Source of the DNA: Octopus bimaculoides
Lineage: Eukaryota
Assembly: GCF_001194135.2 (NCBI RefSeq)
Contig: NC_068995.1
Span: 37,946,760-38,007,635 of the forward strand
Length of the DNA: 60,876 nt
Direction of reading: 5' to 3'
Part shown: positions 21,290-35,000 of the stretch, piece after piece
Numbering within the stretch: position 1 is the first letter of the stretch
Layout: every line of letters starts with the position of its first letter
Position numbers and translations under genes: made by a program
The notes under the pieces: model-generated
The model's input: only the letters and a program-made list of their open reading frames with translations
The model's database searches: none
What the model was told of the DNA's origin: nothing

Positions 21290-23152
21290 GTTTGACAAAT
21301 AGCGACCACACCTGCTCAATCTTAAGAGAACACTATGAAACGTAGTCTGGAATCTTAAAGGAATATTTTTACGAAAAAGTTTATTGAAATGAATCTATCA
21401 CTCGTGTAGTTACAAAATAAGATGTAAGTTGGCAGAGCGAGGAAAACCTTTACTGACGGAAACTTTATAAAAGAATGCATGATGAAAGCAGCAATGACTT
21501 GTGTCCAGAAAAAGCTAACATGTTTGGCTGTATCAGCCGTTCAGCAAGTTCAGTTGTGCAGAGAACAGAAGAACTTGGAGAGAATATACAGTTATAGATA
21601 CATGAGAAAGCTAAGAAAGTTTTGTGGTATTCTCTTTCAATGGATGAGTCTACTGATCTCTCTAGTACGTCACAACTTCTTGTGTTCATTCGTAGTGTTA
21701 AGTGAAACTTTGAGATTATGGAAGAAATGGCATCCGTTTGCAGTATACATAGAACAACAACTGGAGAAGATATTTTCAAAGAGGTGCAGAAAACTTCGCA
21801 AAACTATAACTTTTAGTGGAATCAGGTTCGATGCGTTACAGTCGGTGAAGGAAAAAAACATAGCAGGAGTGAGGAAAGGTTTGGTAGGGCGGATCCAGAC
21901 CAAGTTAGAGGAGCTTCAAGTTCCGAAAGCTTTGTTTATACACTGCATTATACATCAGCAAGCATTCTGTGGAAAGCATATATTTCTTGCGTACTAAAAC
22001 CGGTTACAGCTGTGGCGAACTTTATTCGGAATCATGGGCTTAATCACCGACATTCCCAAGCTTTCCATGAAAGAGTGGATTCTAATTTCTGCGACTTGCC
22101 TTACTACAGAGAAGTGAGATAGCTCAGTTGCAGTAAGGTCCTGTTTCATTTTTATAAGTTCCGAAGAGAAATAGATCTTTTTCTCGCCGAAAACAATAGA
22201 ACTGATCCACAGCTGTCAGATCCTTCATGGTTATCAAAGTTGTCAGTTTTAGGTGACGTCGCTTCTCATATGAATGAACTGAATTTAAAACGGCAAGGAA
22301 AGAATAACCTTGTCTGTGATATCTACTGAATTATTACAGCATTTCGGAGAAAGCTATCATTGTTTGTAGCACAACTTGAAGAAGGAAACTTCGATCATTT
22401 TCAGTATTTTTGAGAGTTTTGCATAGAAAATGTGGAACAGGTTAACCTCAAGTTTAAAAAGTTATTCGGGAATTAAATAAGCATTTTTCTCAAAGAGTTT
22501 CAGATCTTGACAGAATTCAGAATGAAATTCTTTTGTTTAAGAAGGCCTTTTGCTGTAATCTTGATAACATGCCAACAGAACTACAACTGGAGCTTATTGA
22601 CTTGCAAGCTTATAACTTGTTGAAAGAGAAGGAAAACGCATTGAATTTTATCGCTGCTTGCCTGCTGATGTGCTTTCAAAATTGAAAAAAAAATGCCTCA
22701 GGAATGGCATCAGTTTTTGGAATGACTTATGTTTGTGAGCAAACTTTTTCATGAATGAAATGAGTGAAGTCAATACATCGAACAAGGTTCACTGATGAAT
22801 ATATGAAGGCAATTTTTATGGTTGGCTGCAGCAATCATAAAGCAAATGTTGATGATATTTTGGAAGCAAAAACGCCAGTTTCACAAATCTCATTAACTTT
22901 TGTGCTGCTTACTTTTTAAGCAATTCAGCTATGTGCACACTTTTTCTAAAAATTCTAAGTTGGTAATATTTTGGTATTATTAAAATGTTTATTGTTTTTT
23001 TATTATTTTGTGTATTGTATGTATTGTTAAATAAATAGGATGACTATTTTTTGTGTACATTCAGTGTATTCCATATTGTACTGAATTGAACAAACTATTT
23101 ATCTGGCCCACGCTTGGCATTCTTTAAGCTACATTTAGTTTGGTGACCCCTG
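21290..23152 (+). mobile_element. hAT (Buster/SPIN/GTF2IRD2-like) transposon, decayed transposase with right TIR
   Basis: YSLSMDESTDLSSTSQLLVFIR, FIHCIIHQQAFC, NFIRNHGLNHR, SWLSKL, LQLELIDLQ; right end AGTTTGGTGACCCCTG; left TIR not seen. Confidence 0.9.
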
Positions 23153-25989
23153 TTTTAGCTTATTGAAAGAATTTCAATGTATCATCTCTTAAAACCTTTT
23201 TTGCTTCTTATGTTTATAATTTATCAATGCTTATACTTTATTACACTGCATTTATGAATTAAATTTTTCGCAAACAGAATCCAGCTAACAGTAATAATTC
23301 GGGGACCATAAAAGTATAGGTTTTTGAATTCCTATCATTAATTTTACTCAGATTTATTAAGGCTGTATCGGATTGGTCTATGCTTAGTTGGGATTGATTG
23401 CGTTTAGATTTAGATAGGCATACTTTTTTTTGTTTTATTGATTTTATTTGGACTTATGTGATGTACCTTAAGTTGATCTAAGCTTATAGTCATTTGAAGT
23501 TAGAGTTTACTTCTTAAAGAACAGTGTTGATAAATATTTGACTCTGAGAGAAAATGGTTGGGGGTGGGAATGAACCAAATACTTTCTCTTCATTTAGATT
23601 TTGAGTGGGCTACCATATTAAGTTGTTCAGATATAGAGGGAACATCTTAAAATGAATTTTAAGATACATGTTTTACTCAGAGGATTGAACTCCTGAAACG
23701 GTCGTATGCAACCTAAAATATTAATTTCGATGCCTGTTATTTTCTCTTCACCAAATATTTTTTTCTTTATTAAAAAATACATTTTTATTTACAATTCTAT
23801 ACTTTATTATATTATTACTATTTTTGTATATCCATATATTTATATGGTCGTATACATTTTTAATATTCATATATTTCGCATATTTTTATATGTACTTTTA
23901 ACAGATCAATATATGTTTTTGAACAATTTTGATCTTAATTACTTCCGTAGGCATATGTATTCATTGTGGTTTACCTGATTTGAACTTTCTCCAATCAGTT
24001 ACATATATATATATATATATATATATACATAAAATCCGAAGTTCTAAGTGTAAGACTTCTGTATGATTCAAGCAATACGTGGTAGGTACGAAAAACAACG
24101 TTCAGTAACAATAATAAATTATTGGCGTTGTAACATGTATGCTTTTGCAATATCAAATTCCGATCAGCTGAAAAGAATGTCTATAGCTCACGGTTAGGAC
24201 CGTGACTTGCTATGAATGTAAATAAAAATACAAATTGATGGATTGGAGCAGGTAAAATCAAAACTACATATATCTCCTGGCCAGCAGATTTTCTGATATA
24301 ATAATTACTCAACAAGGTTTACTCTGTTAGCAACACAGTCGGACTAATTTACCTTAGTTATACGAACAGCAAGTTAACTTAACGACAATTTAGACTTCTT
24401 TAGTTAAGAAAGTATGTGTCTGCCTTTTAAAATGTGAGTTGCTTCCTGGTTACATAATCAGCATGGCTCTCGTTTTCCCGTGTTTGGGGTGGCAATTTTC
24501 ACTAGGCTTAATTATAACGTGTATTGTTTTCACTTCCCAGAAGTACTAGATGAAGCTGCACAGTGATATCATGATTCACAAATTCTTTGAAAAAGAATCT
24601 GCGCTAACTATCTCAATTGTTGTTCCGTAATGCTCTAAGACTGGTCACGACATATCTCAATCATCGTTACCGTAACCATTACTTCAGCAGGGAACATAAA
24701 CATGTTCGTAGGTATTAGATTGAGCAATTATTTTTAATGCAGTCGTTGGTTATGACCGGTCAGAAAGTTACCATTCGCTTCACGTAGCAAGTGAGGCGGA
24801 TCACCAGACTTCCTCGTCGGACGTACATAACTTCTATACTAATTGAAGTATAAGCTCAGTATCGATTAGCTTAATGGTTAAAAACAACCCTGAAATAATT
24901 TTTCCGAAACAAAAGCTCAACTTGTGAAAGACCGAGACGCTCCCTTTTTAGTCAGTACCAGATGTGTCTGAAAATGGTCAAATTATGTCCGTTTACCGTT
25001 CACTAATCAGGAGGCTGGTAGCATTCGACAACGACTTCATAGGATTATATACTATACATATATATATGTGTGGTGGGGTGTCCAATGTTACTGTCTGATA
25101 AGAAGTGTCGGCTTGCTTACGTCTACGGAACGTATAAGTTTGTCAAAAGAGACCGATAGGCTGTGTATCGGTTTTCATAATATATAAATACTGGGTTTGA
25201 TTTGAGTAATCTCGGCAAAGCTGTGCTCAGCAAGGCTGCAGTCTGATAGCTGAATCAAGTAAAAGATAAAAAGTATGCAAGCATCGCTGTGTAGCTGAGA
25301 GGTTCTAAATGTTAATAGATGCTTCATTTTTAAAATAATGCCTATTGGATATGCTGTTATAGTCCATTTAAACAATTCATCTAATAGGAATAATAAAAGA
25401 CAATAATAAAATTCAGGCGCAATGCTAAAACGCAATGATCGATTTTACGAACAAGCTACGTGACAAGATAATTTCTTTGTAACTTTTGAATATAGGAGAT
25501 AAGAATTGATCAACTTCACCCAATAAAGGTGAAACAATTTTTTAATCGTAGACCAATTATAAATAATAGTATTTCGTCCAAATCTTTTCCAATACTTTCG
25601 TAGTGTCCCTTATAATTCTTCATGTACATATTTCTCGGAAACCGGAAGCACTATTAATTGCTGATTTTCCATCTTTCATCCAGCGCACATAATTCTATAA
25701 CTCTTCACAGTTTATGACATATCAAAGCAAACATCATTGGATATACTAACTCCAATGTATCGGAAACTTATAGCTCATTATTTGCAGAAGCATGCAACAA
25801 CGTCTCAGTGTTCGCAGATGTTCCACGTTTCCTACCTTTAATGTTTAGTGGCAGGCAAGAATGAACTTCTAAGTGACTTTGGTTGTCAACGGAAATTAAC
25901 TGGCTAATTGCACCGGAAAAGTTTTATGATGGCACTTATGAATGATTTCTAGAAATTTCTGGACTGGTAGTGCTAATGAGGATATTGCC

Positions 25990-26460
25990 GGTTCGTAATA
26001 AACTTTCCAGAAATGGAAATACTGTCAACTGGGCCCTGCTCGATATTTGATTTTAATCAGTTTATGTGAACCCACATGATATAGTGTGGAGGCTGTTTAC
26101 AGGAATGCTTTCAAAAATCATTTACGAGCACCTTGATAACCAGAATTTACTATCAGAAGAACAGAAAGGCTATAGGAACGCGTGATCTATTTATATACAG
26201 ATAAAGGAGTTGTAAATGAAGTAAATGCTACAAAAGAATATAACAATAGCATGGATAGATTATAGGAAAGTCTATGACATGATCCCACACTCATGGATAA
26301 GTGAATGTTTGAGTATATTCTATATAATAGATAACAAGAGAATTGATTAGATTTAACATGAAGAAATGACACACTTTTAGGGAAACTTAATATCAAAAGA
26401 GGAATTTTCCAGGGGGACTCATTTTCCTCTTTAATGTTTGTCTTATGTTTGATCTCTAGT
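25990..26460 (+). mobile_element. R4/Dong-like LINE RT fragment
   Basis: EHLDNQNLLSEEQKG, AWIDYRKVYDMIPHSWI, NIKRGIFQGDSFSSLMF. Confidence 0.85.
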
Positions 26461-27266
26461 ATACGAACTCTTTCACTGTATTCATGAGACAGAACAAAAG
26501 TAAGGGTACTGATAATATTCGTAGTGAAAACTACGTCTAGGTGAGTTGTGAATGCTCAATGAAACTATATCGTACTTTCATATCTATAATATTTGGAAAA
26601 ATATTTGATATTGCTACTGCTCAGATACATGAAAAATTCTATCCTACAAGCAGCAAACTCATATTGTAGCGGACAGAAATATTGAGTGTTAAGTGTGTCA
26701 ATATTTAAGAAATAGAAGTGTCGTCAAAGTGCATAATGAAAATCTTGTTTTATTATGCAAACGTTGATTACTGTTAGATATTTTACCTTCAATACACCGT
26801 AATTATGGCATCACACATGTTCATAGATATTTTATGATATATACATGAAAACAAAGTAAAATTAACAAAAGCATTATATTTCCTAATATAATAATGTAAC
26901 TCATTAGGCATGTTTGCAACTATGTTTTATTACTTTTCGAAACATACATTTTGATTACATCTTCAATCAATTTTCCCAAACGAATGCTAATGCATGTCTA
27001 TTAAGCAAAATATACAATTTCAGATTATACAAGGTTGCCCTATACTGAGTTTAATAACATATATTTGGATCAATATTGGCAAAGCAGATGAAAGTGAAAC
27101 TTAGGGTCTCTTGAGTCTTTCAGGAGTGGTGTATTGCATTCACCTTTTGTTAAATCTCAGTTGTTTGTTAATAGATGTTTTCCCACTATTGAATGCTATG
27201 AAAGTCTCATGTAATTGTAAGCAAATGCTTTGGTCACGCTAATGATATTAGCCACACGTTCAAATA

Positions 27267-27310
<44 letters not shown>

Positions 27311-27779
27311 CATACTTATACATAAACATATAAATAAACATATACACAACATATGTGTGTAAATACATGCATACGTGCAGACAAAGACACACATACACAC
27401 TTCCACACACACACGCACAAACACAAACACTCACACACACACACACGCACACACTCGCATTGTATATCTATATAGAGCGGGTCATGCACGTATTAGTTTG
27501 CACACAAACTTTTCATACACCAGCCAGAATGTATGAATGTGTTTAAAACCCACAGCTTTTGGAATTTAAAATCAATACCATTTCGCATAAGATTGCAGCG
27601 CACAATTTAAAACTTCAGTTTACTTACCAATGAATATGGTGAGTATCTGAATTCCATAAAGTTCTCCTGTTCTCATGTCACTTGTTTTCTGTTAGTATAT
27701 ATATATACACACACACACACATTGCTTTCAAGTAACCCACAAATGAACAATTACAGTTTCCCTAAATTTACTTGATAAA

Positions 27780-28128
27780 TGATGTTGGACAACAAACGCT
27801 AAGGTGGTGCGAAAAATTTAGACGATGGGTCGTGTTAGACGCAAAGGAGAGTATATCAGCTGCAAAAGAGATTATATACACTGACAGCTTTTCGGTGCAT
27901 TCAAAATCCACATAGCATCCAACCCGCCCAATTCTCCATTATGGGTTAGGGCCTGGAATACTCCAAATAGACGCATGTTATGTCACTTAGTCAAATTAGC
28001 CCATCGTTTCCTCCACAAATGTATTGTCGTCAATCCTGTACTTTCCCATACCACCCGTTTCAACATCACTAATACATATACAAACTATGCTATTTTGATC
28101 CCGAGCAACTCCGGGTATCTCCGCCAGT
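27780..28128 (+). mobile_element. Possible non-autonomous Helitron 3' end
   Basis: Subterminal hairpin CCCGAG-CAA-CTCCGGG (28100-28115) followed by CCAGT (CTAGT-like); 5' limit uncertain. Confidence 0.45.
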
Positions 28129-28732
28129 GTGTGTATATATATATATATATATANNNNNNNNNNNNNNNNNNNNNNNNNNNNNNNNNNNNNNNNNNNNNNN
28201 NNNNNNNNNNNNNNNNNNNNNNNNNNNNNNNNNNNNNNNNNNNNNNNNNNNNNNNNNNNNNNNNNNNNNNNNNNNNNNNNNNNNNNNNNNNNNNNNNNNN
28301 NNNNNNNNNNNNNNNNNNNNNNNNNNNNNNNNNNNNNNNNNNNNNNNNNNNNNNNNNNNNNNNNNNNNNNNNNNNNNNNNNNNNNNNNNNNNNNNNNNNN
28401 NNNNNNNNNNNNNNNNNNNNNNNNNNNNNNNNNNNNNNNNNNNNNNNNNNNNNNNNNNNNNNNNNNNNNNNNNNNNNNNNNNNNNNNNNNNNNNNNNNNN
28501 NNNNNNNNNNNNNNNNNNNNNNNNNNNNNNNNNNNNNNNNNNNNNNNNNNNNNNNNNNNNNNNNNNNNNNNNNNNNNNNNNNNNNNNNNNNNNNNNNNNN
28601 NNNNNNNNNNNNNNNNNNNNNNNNNNNNNNNNNNNNNNNNNNNNNNNNNNNNNNNNNNNNNNNNNNNNNNNNNNNNNNNNNNNNNNNNNNNNNNNNNNNN
28701 NNNNNNNNNNNNNNNNNNNNNNNNNNNNNNTT

Positions 28733-28930
28733 TTAGAACATTTATAAAGAGAAGGTCTTACAGCTGTTTCCAGGCTAGTTATATCCCTTCATCGGAGACG
28801 GTGTGAGAAAATGGTTAAACAATAGTTATCTTATCTAAATTAAACATTTTTACCAAAACCATCACCGATGAAGGTATATAATAAATATCATGGAAATAGC
28901 TGTAAGACCTTCTATTTATATATGTTCTAA
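28733..28930. repeat. Fold-back inverted repeat, about 87-91-bp arms with a 21-bp loop
   Basis: 28733-28818 aligns with the reverse complement of 28840-28930 (e.g. AGAAGGTCTTACAGCT and AGCTGTAAGACCTTCT). Confidence 0.9.
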
Positions 28931-28984
28931 TATCTTCATACCCTTGTTTTTTTCTATCTCGTTCTGAAAAAAACCCAACTTTTA

Positions 28985-29800
28985 TATAGCTCTTGACAAA
29001 GTCGATCATGGTATGATATGCCACAAACTGCGTGATCTCGGCATAGCTGGAAAACTTGGAGAGTGGTCACATGACTTTCTAAAAGATAGATGGCAGGCAG
29101 TATTGGCTAATGGAGCCACCTCTATGAAAACACAAATAGTGAGCAGTGTTCCACAGGGCACTGTCTTCGGACCACTGCGTTTTATAGTGGCCCTCTCAGA
29201 TATGCACTCAAGTGACCGGATAGCCACCCTTGCAAGCTACGCAGACGATACGAAATTCTCACAGAAAATACAGAACTCCAGTGATGCTGCACATTTGCAG
29301 CAGGAGTTGGACTCAATTTACATAGGGGCTGAGGATAATAATATGCACTGGAAGCAATCCACAGAAGATTCACAAAGAAGATCGTCTCCTAGCAACTGCT
29401 CAGCTATTTGGAAAAGCTGGAACAGCTAAGACGCTACTCCCTGGAGAGAAGGCGGGAGAGGTATGCAGTAATATACATCTGGAAGATCATGGAAGGAATT
29501 GTGCCAAATTTTGGCATTGAAAGCTACACCAATGCCAGGACGGGTTGACACTGCACAGTGCCAAAGATCCCAGCAACACCATTGCGCTTCAGGACCAGTT
29601 ACTGCAACAGTTTGGGTTTCAGGGGCCCACAGATTTTTAATATTCTCCCAAAGAGCCTGAGGAACCTGCACAAAGAAGATGTAGGGGCTTTAAAATCAAA
29701 GCTGGACGTCTTCCTGTCGAGAGTCCCAGATGAACTTACCTCACAGCAAGAAGTGGAAATGAGAGTAGCTACATCAAAACCGCATTCGTCACCAAGTGCT
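28985..29800 (+). mobile_element. CR1/Jockey-group LINE, RT and 3' region with internal deletion
   Basis: DKVDHGMICHKL, SSVPQGTVFGPL, SYADDTK, YSLERRRERY, FNILPKSLRNL. Confidence 0.9.
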
Positions 29801-29967
29801 ACAGTAGAGGAACATATATCNNNNNNNNNNNNNNNNNNNNNNNNNNNNNNNNNNNNNNNNNNNNNNNNNNNNNNNNNNNNNNNNNNNNNNNNNNNNNNNN
29901 NNNNNNNNNNNNNNNNNNNNNNNNNNNNNNNNNNNNNNNNNNNNNNNNNNNNNNNNNNNNNNNNNNN

Positions 29968-30017
<50 letters not shown>

Positions 30018-30301
30018 TGAGTACTCGGCGGACGATTATTGTTCGTAAAGGATACAAGTAAGCCTTCTCATAGAGTGAGAATTATCATGTCTAACTTTTC
30101 GGGTTCTGAACAAGATGACTGCGTAACACTTTGAGAATCATCGCCCTCTATCTGTTTGTAAAATGTTTTTATTTATTCACGACACCTATGCTGTATGTTG
30201 CTTCTTTCAAATATGTATAAACTTCACAGTCGCTCCATCTTCTGCTATATTTGAAGGTACTATAATGAACATTGTATCTAGAAACTTATGGAGTCATACT
30301 C

Positions 30302-30682
30302 TGTTGTTGTTGTTGGTACTCCATCGCTTACGACGTCGAGGGTTCCAGTTGATCCGATCAACGGAACAGCCGGCTCATGAAATTAACGTGCAAGTGGCTG
30401 AGCATTCCACAGACACGTGTACCCTTAACGTAGTTCTCGGGGATAATCTCCGTGACACAGTGTGACAAGGCTGATCCTTTGAATTACAGGCACAACAGAA
30501 ACAGGAAGTAAGAGTGAGAGGAAGTTGTGGTGAAAGAGTACAGCAGGGTTCACCACCATCCCCTGCCGGAGCCTCGTCGGGGTTTAGGTGCTTTCGCTCA
30601 ATAAACACTCACAACGCCCGGTCTGGGAATCGAAACCGAAATCCTATGACCGCGAGTCCACTGCCCTAACCACAGGGCCATT
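30302..30682 (-). mobile_element. Near full-length copy of the SINE at 4163-4557
   Basis: Same body with tRNA head remnant (GGTTTCGATTCCC B box on the minus strand) and (CAA)n tail; no TSD seen. Confidence 0.92.
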
Positions 30683-31399
30683 AAACACACAGGAATACAC
30701 AAATCATTCGAATCTTTCTTTCTCTGGACCCTCTCCTTTTGTGCACCACTCCAAACACCTAAGTAACTATCACGCAAGATTTTTCAAGTCCAGACACGTA
30801 TTTCTTAACGTCTTCCAAAATTGTATTTTTGTTATTTTTTCTACTGTAAACGTCGAATTTATATGCAGTGTTAAGAAGGACTGCAATAATTATCACGAAC
30901 ACCTAGCTCTTACTTCCAAATCAGAGCAACAAAACTAGATGAAAATTTATACAAACATCTAGACTGAAAAATAACATAGATTTTAGTTATAACATTCTTG
31001 ATATCTTATAAACCGAAGCAATTTTGAAATTTACGCCGTATTTATTTTACAGTTTACGCTAATCAGCAACGTGTTTATTAATATACACATTTACTAAATC
31101 TACGTTGATTAAGCAAAAGTGGATTTGCACTGTTCAAACAAGTCAAGAAATATGTAAACATCAAATAAATGATATAAAATGTCTTGAAATATTTCATTGC
31201 ATGTGTAACTTTTGTGAGAAATTCAAGATCTAGAGATTACTGAGACACTGCTTCAGTTAAAATGAATATGCTGCGGAACGAGTTGATAATTATGTTAATC
31301 GGAATGCTTCTGGTTGGTAATTTTGTGGATCAAGATTAGTTCTATAAATATATTCATACATGCATATATGCATATATAATAATGCACAATTGTATATAT

Positions 31400-31430
<31 letters not shown>

Positions 31431-31701
31431 AGCGGAATGGCTGTGCGATAAGTAGCTTGCTTACCAACCACATGGTTCTGGGTTCAGTCCCACTGCGTGG
31501 CACCTTGGGCAGGTGTCTTCTACTATAGCCTCGGGCCGGCCAAAGCCTTGTGAGTGGATTTGGTAGACGGAAACTGAAAGAAGCCCGTCATACATATGTA
31601 TATATATGTATATGTATGTGTGTGTATATGTTTGTGTGTCTGTGTTTGTCCCCCACCACATCGCTTGACAACCGATGTTGGTGTGTTTACGTCCCCGTAA
31701 C
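31431..31701 (+). mobile_element. tRNA-derived SINE with CORE-like segment and internal microsatellite; the 3' half of the same family is at 40105-40320
   Basis: GGTTCAGTCCC B box and CACCTTGGGCAGGTGTCTT; shared GTTTGTCCCCC...CATCGCTTGACAACCGATG between 31650-31701 and 40110-40170. Confidence 0.8.
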
Positions 31702-32527
31702 NNNNNNNNNNNNNNNNNNNNNNNNNNNNNNNNNNNNNNNNNNNNNNNNNNNNNNNNNNNNNNNNNNNNNNNNNNNNNNNNNNNNNNNNNNNNNNNNNNN
31801 NNNNNNNNNNNNNNNNNNNNNNNNNNNNNNNNNNNNNNNNNNNNNNNNNNNNNNNNNNNNNNNNNNNNNNNNNNNNNNNNNNNNNNNNNNNNNNNNNNNN
31901 NNNNNNNNNNNNNNNNNNNNNNNNNNNNNNNNNNNNNNNNNNNNNNNNNNNNNNNNNNNNNNNNNNNNNNNNNNNNNNNNNNNNNNNNNNNNNNNNNNNN
32001 NNNNNNNNNNNNNNNNNNNNNNNNNNNNNNNNNNNNNNNNNNNNNNNNNNNNNNNNNNNNNNNNNNNNNNNNNNNNNNNNNNNNNNNNNNNNNNNNNNNN
32101 NNNNNNNNNNNNNNNNNNNNNNNNNNNNNNNNNNNNNNNNNNNNNNNNNNNNNNNNNNNNNNNNNNNNNNNNNNNNNNNNNNNNNNNNNNNNNNNNNNNN
32201 NNNNNNNNNNNNNNNNNNNNNNNNNNNNNNNNNNNNNNNNNNNNNNNNNNNNNNNNNNNNNNNNNNNNNNNNNNNNNNNNNNNNNNNNNNNNNNNNNNNN
32301 NNNNNNNNNNNNNNNNNNNNNNNNNNNNNNNNNNNNNNNNNNNNNNNNNNNNNNNNNNNNNNNNNNNNNNNNNNNNNNNNNNNNNNNNNNNNNNNNNNNN
32401 NNNNNNNNNNNNNNNNNNNNNNNNNNNNNNNNNNNNNNNNNNNNNNNNNNNNNNNNNNNNNNNNNNNNNNNNNNNNNNNNNNNNNNNNNNNNNNNNNNNN
32501 NNNNNNNNNNNNNNNNNNNNNNNNNNN

Positions 32528-32590
<63 letters not shown>

Positions 32591-32989
32591 TGCACACAAT
32601 AACGTCTGAGAAAGAAATGAAGCCTATATAACGGATTAAAAGAAATTCTATTGAAAAGTTTGCAAAAAAAGCTTCGACAAGAAAAAACCAAAAAAAAACC
32701 CCGAAAAAACAAAACAAACGATTTACCGCATTACTAATCTAAACCCATAACTGATTAGTAAGTTGGGTATTTAATCAATTATCTTATAATAAAGGGGTGG
32801 AATTGAATAAGTGCGTTTGTTAATGATATTGGCATAATGGCGCTACCTAGGCACACAAAATTTGTTTCAGCACAAAAATTCACATAAAAATCTCTCAAAT
32901 CATACATACATGCATGCATGCATACAAACATACGTACATACATACATACATACATTCATTCATTTATACACTCATTGTGAATGTACGAG

Positions 32990-35000
32990 ACTATAATGCG
33001 AAAGCATAGAAGGAAGTTAGTTTCAATGTGGCTAGACAACACGAAATCCTTTGATTATTTACCCCAATCATGGATGCTAGAAGCCCAGAACTTGCCAAGG
33101 TTTCAATAAGCGTAGTCAAAACCAGAGCTGACCTGACTTTATCGTGGCCCACCGTCTTGAAATTAAATGCTGATAGAGAATACAGTATCGCAGAGGTATA
33201 TTCCCAGGGGGCATCACTTTATGATGTTTATAGTTTCAGCAAACCCCTTGTCACTCATGTTAAGCAAGTCTGAAGCATATAACACTGGTTCACAAGGAAG
33301 CAGAAATACGAAAATTACACACTGTTTCCTCGTGGATGATTTGAAATTATAAGCAAAGAATATACTTCTTGATTTGTTTACAACAGTGTAAAAGGATATA
33401 GGGCTGGGAAGAAGAAAGCCGTAAGCCAGACTAGCAACATCTCCATCAATGACATAACAATCTCCTCTATATCTGATAAAGAATGCTACAAGTATGTATG
33501 GGTTTATGAAAACATATCTTCAGATGGCACCTGCAACTAAACACATGTCACTAAATGATATTACAGCTGAATAAAGAAAATGTGGACTTTGAAACTCTCT
33601 GCATTCAATAAAACAGTGGTTCACAATGTGTTTGCAGTGTCAGTGCTCATACTAAGATTTGGGTTGCTTGATTGGACGCTTGATTGGATCCGAGTTCTTG
33701 ATTTGGAAACCCGGAAGTTACTAACCAAAACACATAATTCCCACGTCAAAGGTGATGTCGAACGCCTTTACCTAAAACGAAAACTGGGTAGCAGAGGCTT
33801 AACATCAATCCAAACTGCTTTTGAATGTCTTAATATATCCCTTCGGCAACCTTTTTTAATCGTGAAATGTAGAAGTGTGTCCCTTGACCAAGCTTGCATA
33901 CATGAGGCTGATAACATCATAAGACTTGGATGGCAGCTAGTTCAGCAGGATTCTTTGTCTGATAATCTTAAATACATGCCCACAGGAGTCACACGTCACT
34001 ACAGCAACGTATCACGAGATGAACTGATGAGCGGGTATAAACAGAAGACCATGCATTGATAGTTTAGTACAAAGCTCAGAGATGATAGTAACACTGATCA
34101 TCAAGGCAGTCTATCATGGACTAACAAATGGATTACTATTGTCCACTGAGAAGAGCATACTTCGCAATCTAGGAACAAGAAATATCAATCAAATGCCTAG
34201 TGCACAAAAGGGACGACGATGAAGGAAAAGTAGCAAGATCTGACGACCGATGCAAAGTTTGTGACGTGATTACTGAAAATATCAACCACATCAGTAGTTG
34301 TCCGCAAATGTCATCGCGGTATTAGCTACCGATGAGACATAATGTTGTAGCTTGGATAATACATAATGAAATCCATCGGCAGGATAACCCTGAGGACAAA
34401 AAAATAAGAATCCACAGAATGGTAGAAGCCATAGCCACTCATAATAAAAAAAGAGTACTGGAGGAATAGTCCAGTGAAAATAAAGTGTAAAAGCAATAGA
34501 CCTGAGATAATGATTTGGGATAGAGAAGTGAAACTGTGTACAGTTGTGGAAATTAGCTGCCCAGCGAATGTTAACATAAAGCTGATGATCAGTGAGAAAG
34601 GGAATAGCTATGCTGAACTACTGAGAAATCTGCAGTTAGTCTATGCAGATTACAAGTTCAGGTATATACTTGTAATTATTACGGGTCTGAGATAAATACC
34701 AATCTTCATAAATTAGGCTGAATCGAAGACTATAGATCCCAGGAACTGTAAAAACCTGTAAAACATTCCACAATTTTATCAATTAAGTAGCATGCAAATA
34801 TATGCATGAGAACACATACATAAAACAAAACACAAATCTGCACATATACATACGTGCATAAATACATAACCGCATACATACATACATACATACATACATA
34901 CATACATACATACATACATACATACATAAATATATACATACATACATACATACAAAATATCCTCTTGATATTGTGGAAATTCTAATGAAGTAGCTTTGGA
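32990..35000 (+). mobile_element. R4/Dong-like (RT plus restriction-like endonuclease) LINE, decayed, about 1.1 kb upstream of CR-B
   Basis: THCFLVDDLKL (RT), DRCKVCDVITENINH (CCHC remnant), RPEIMIWDREVKLCTVVEISCP (PD-(D/E)xK). Confidence 0.9.

Noticed and set aside
21465-22900. Host gene GTF2IRD2/ZBED-like (domesticated transposase)
   Set aside because: Multiple stops and frameshifts plus a retained TIR indicate a dead hAT element.
25170-25990. Possible piggyBac-like transposase remnant on the minus strand
   Set aside because: Only a few residues of resemblance (GEVDQFL); insufficient support.
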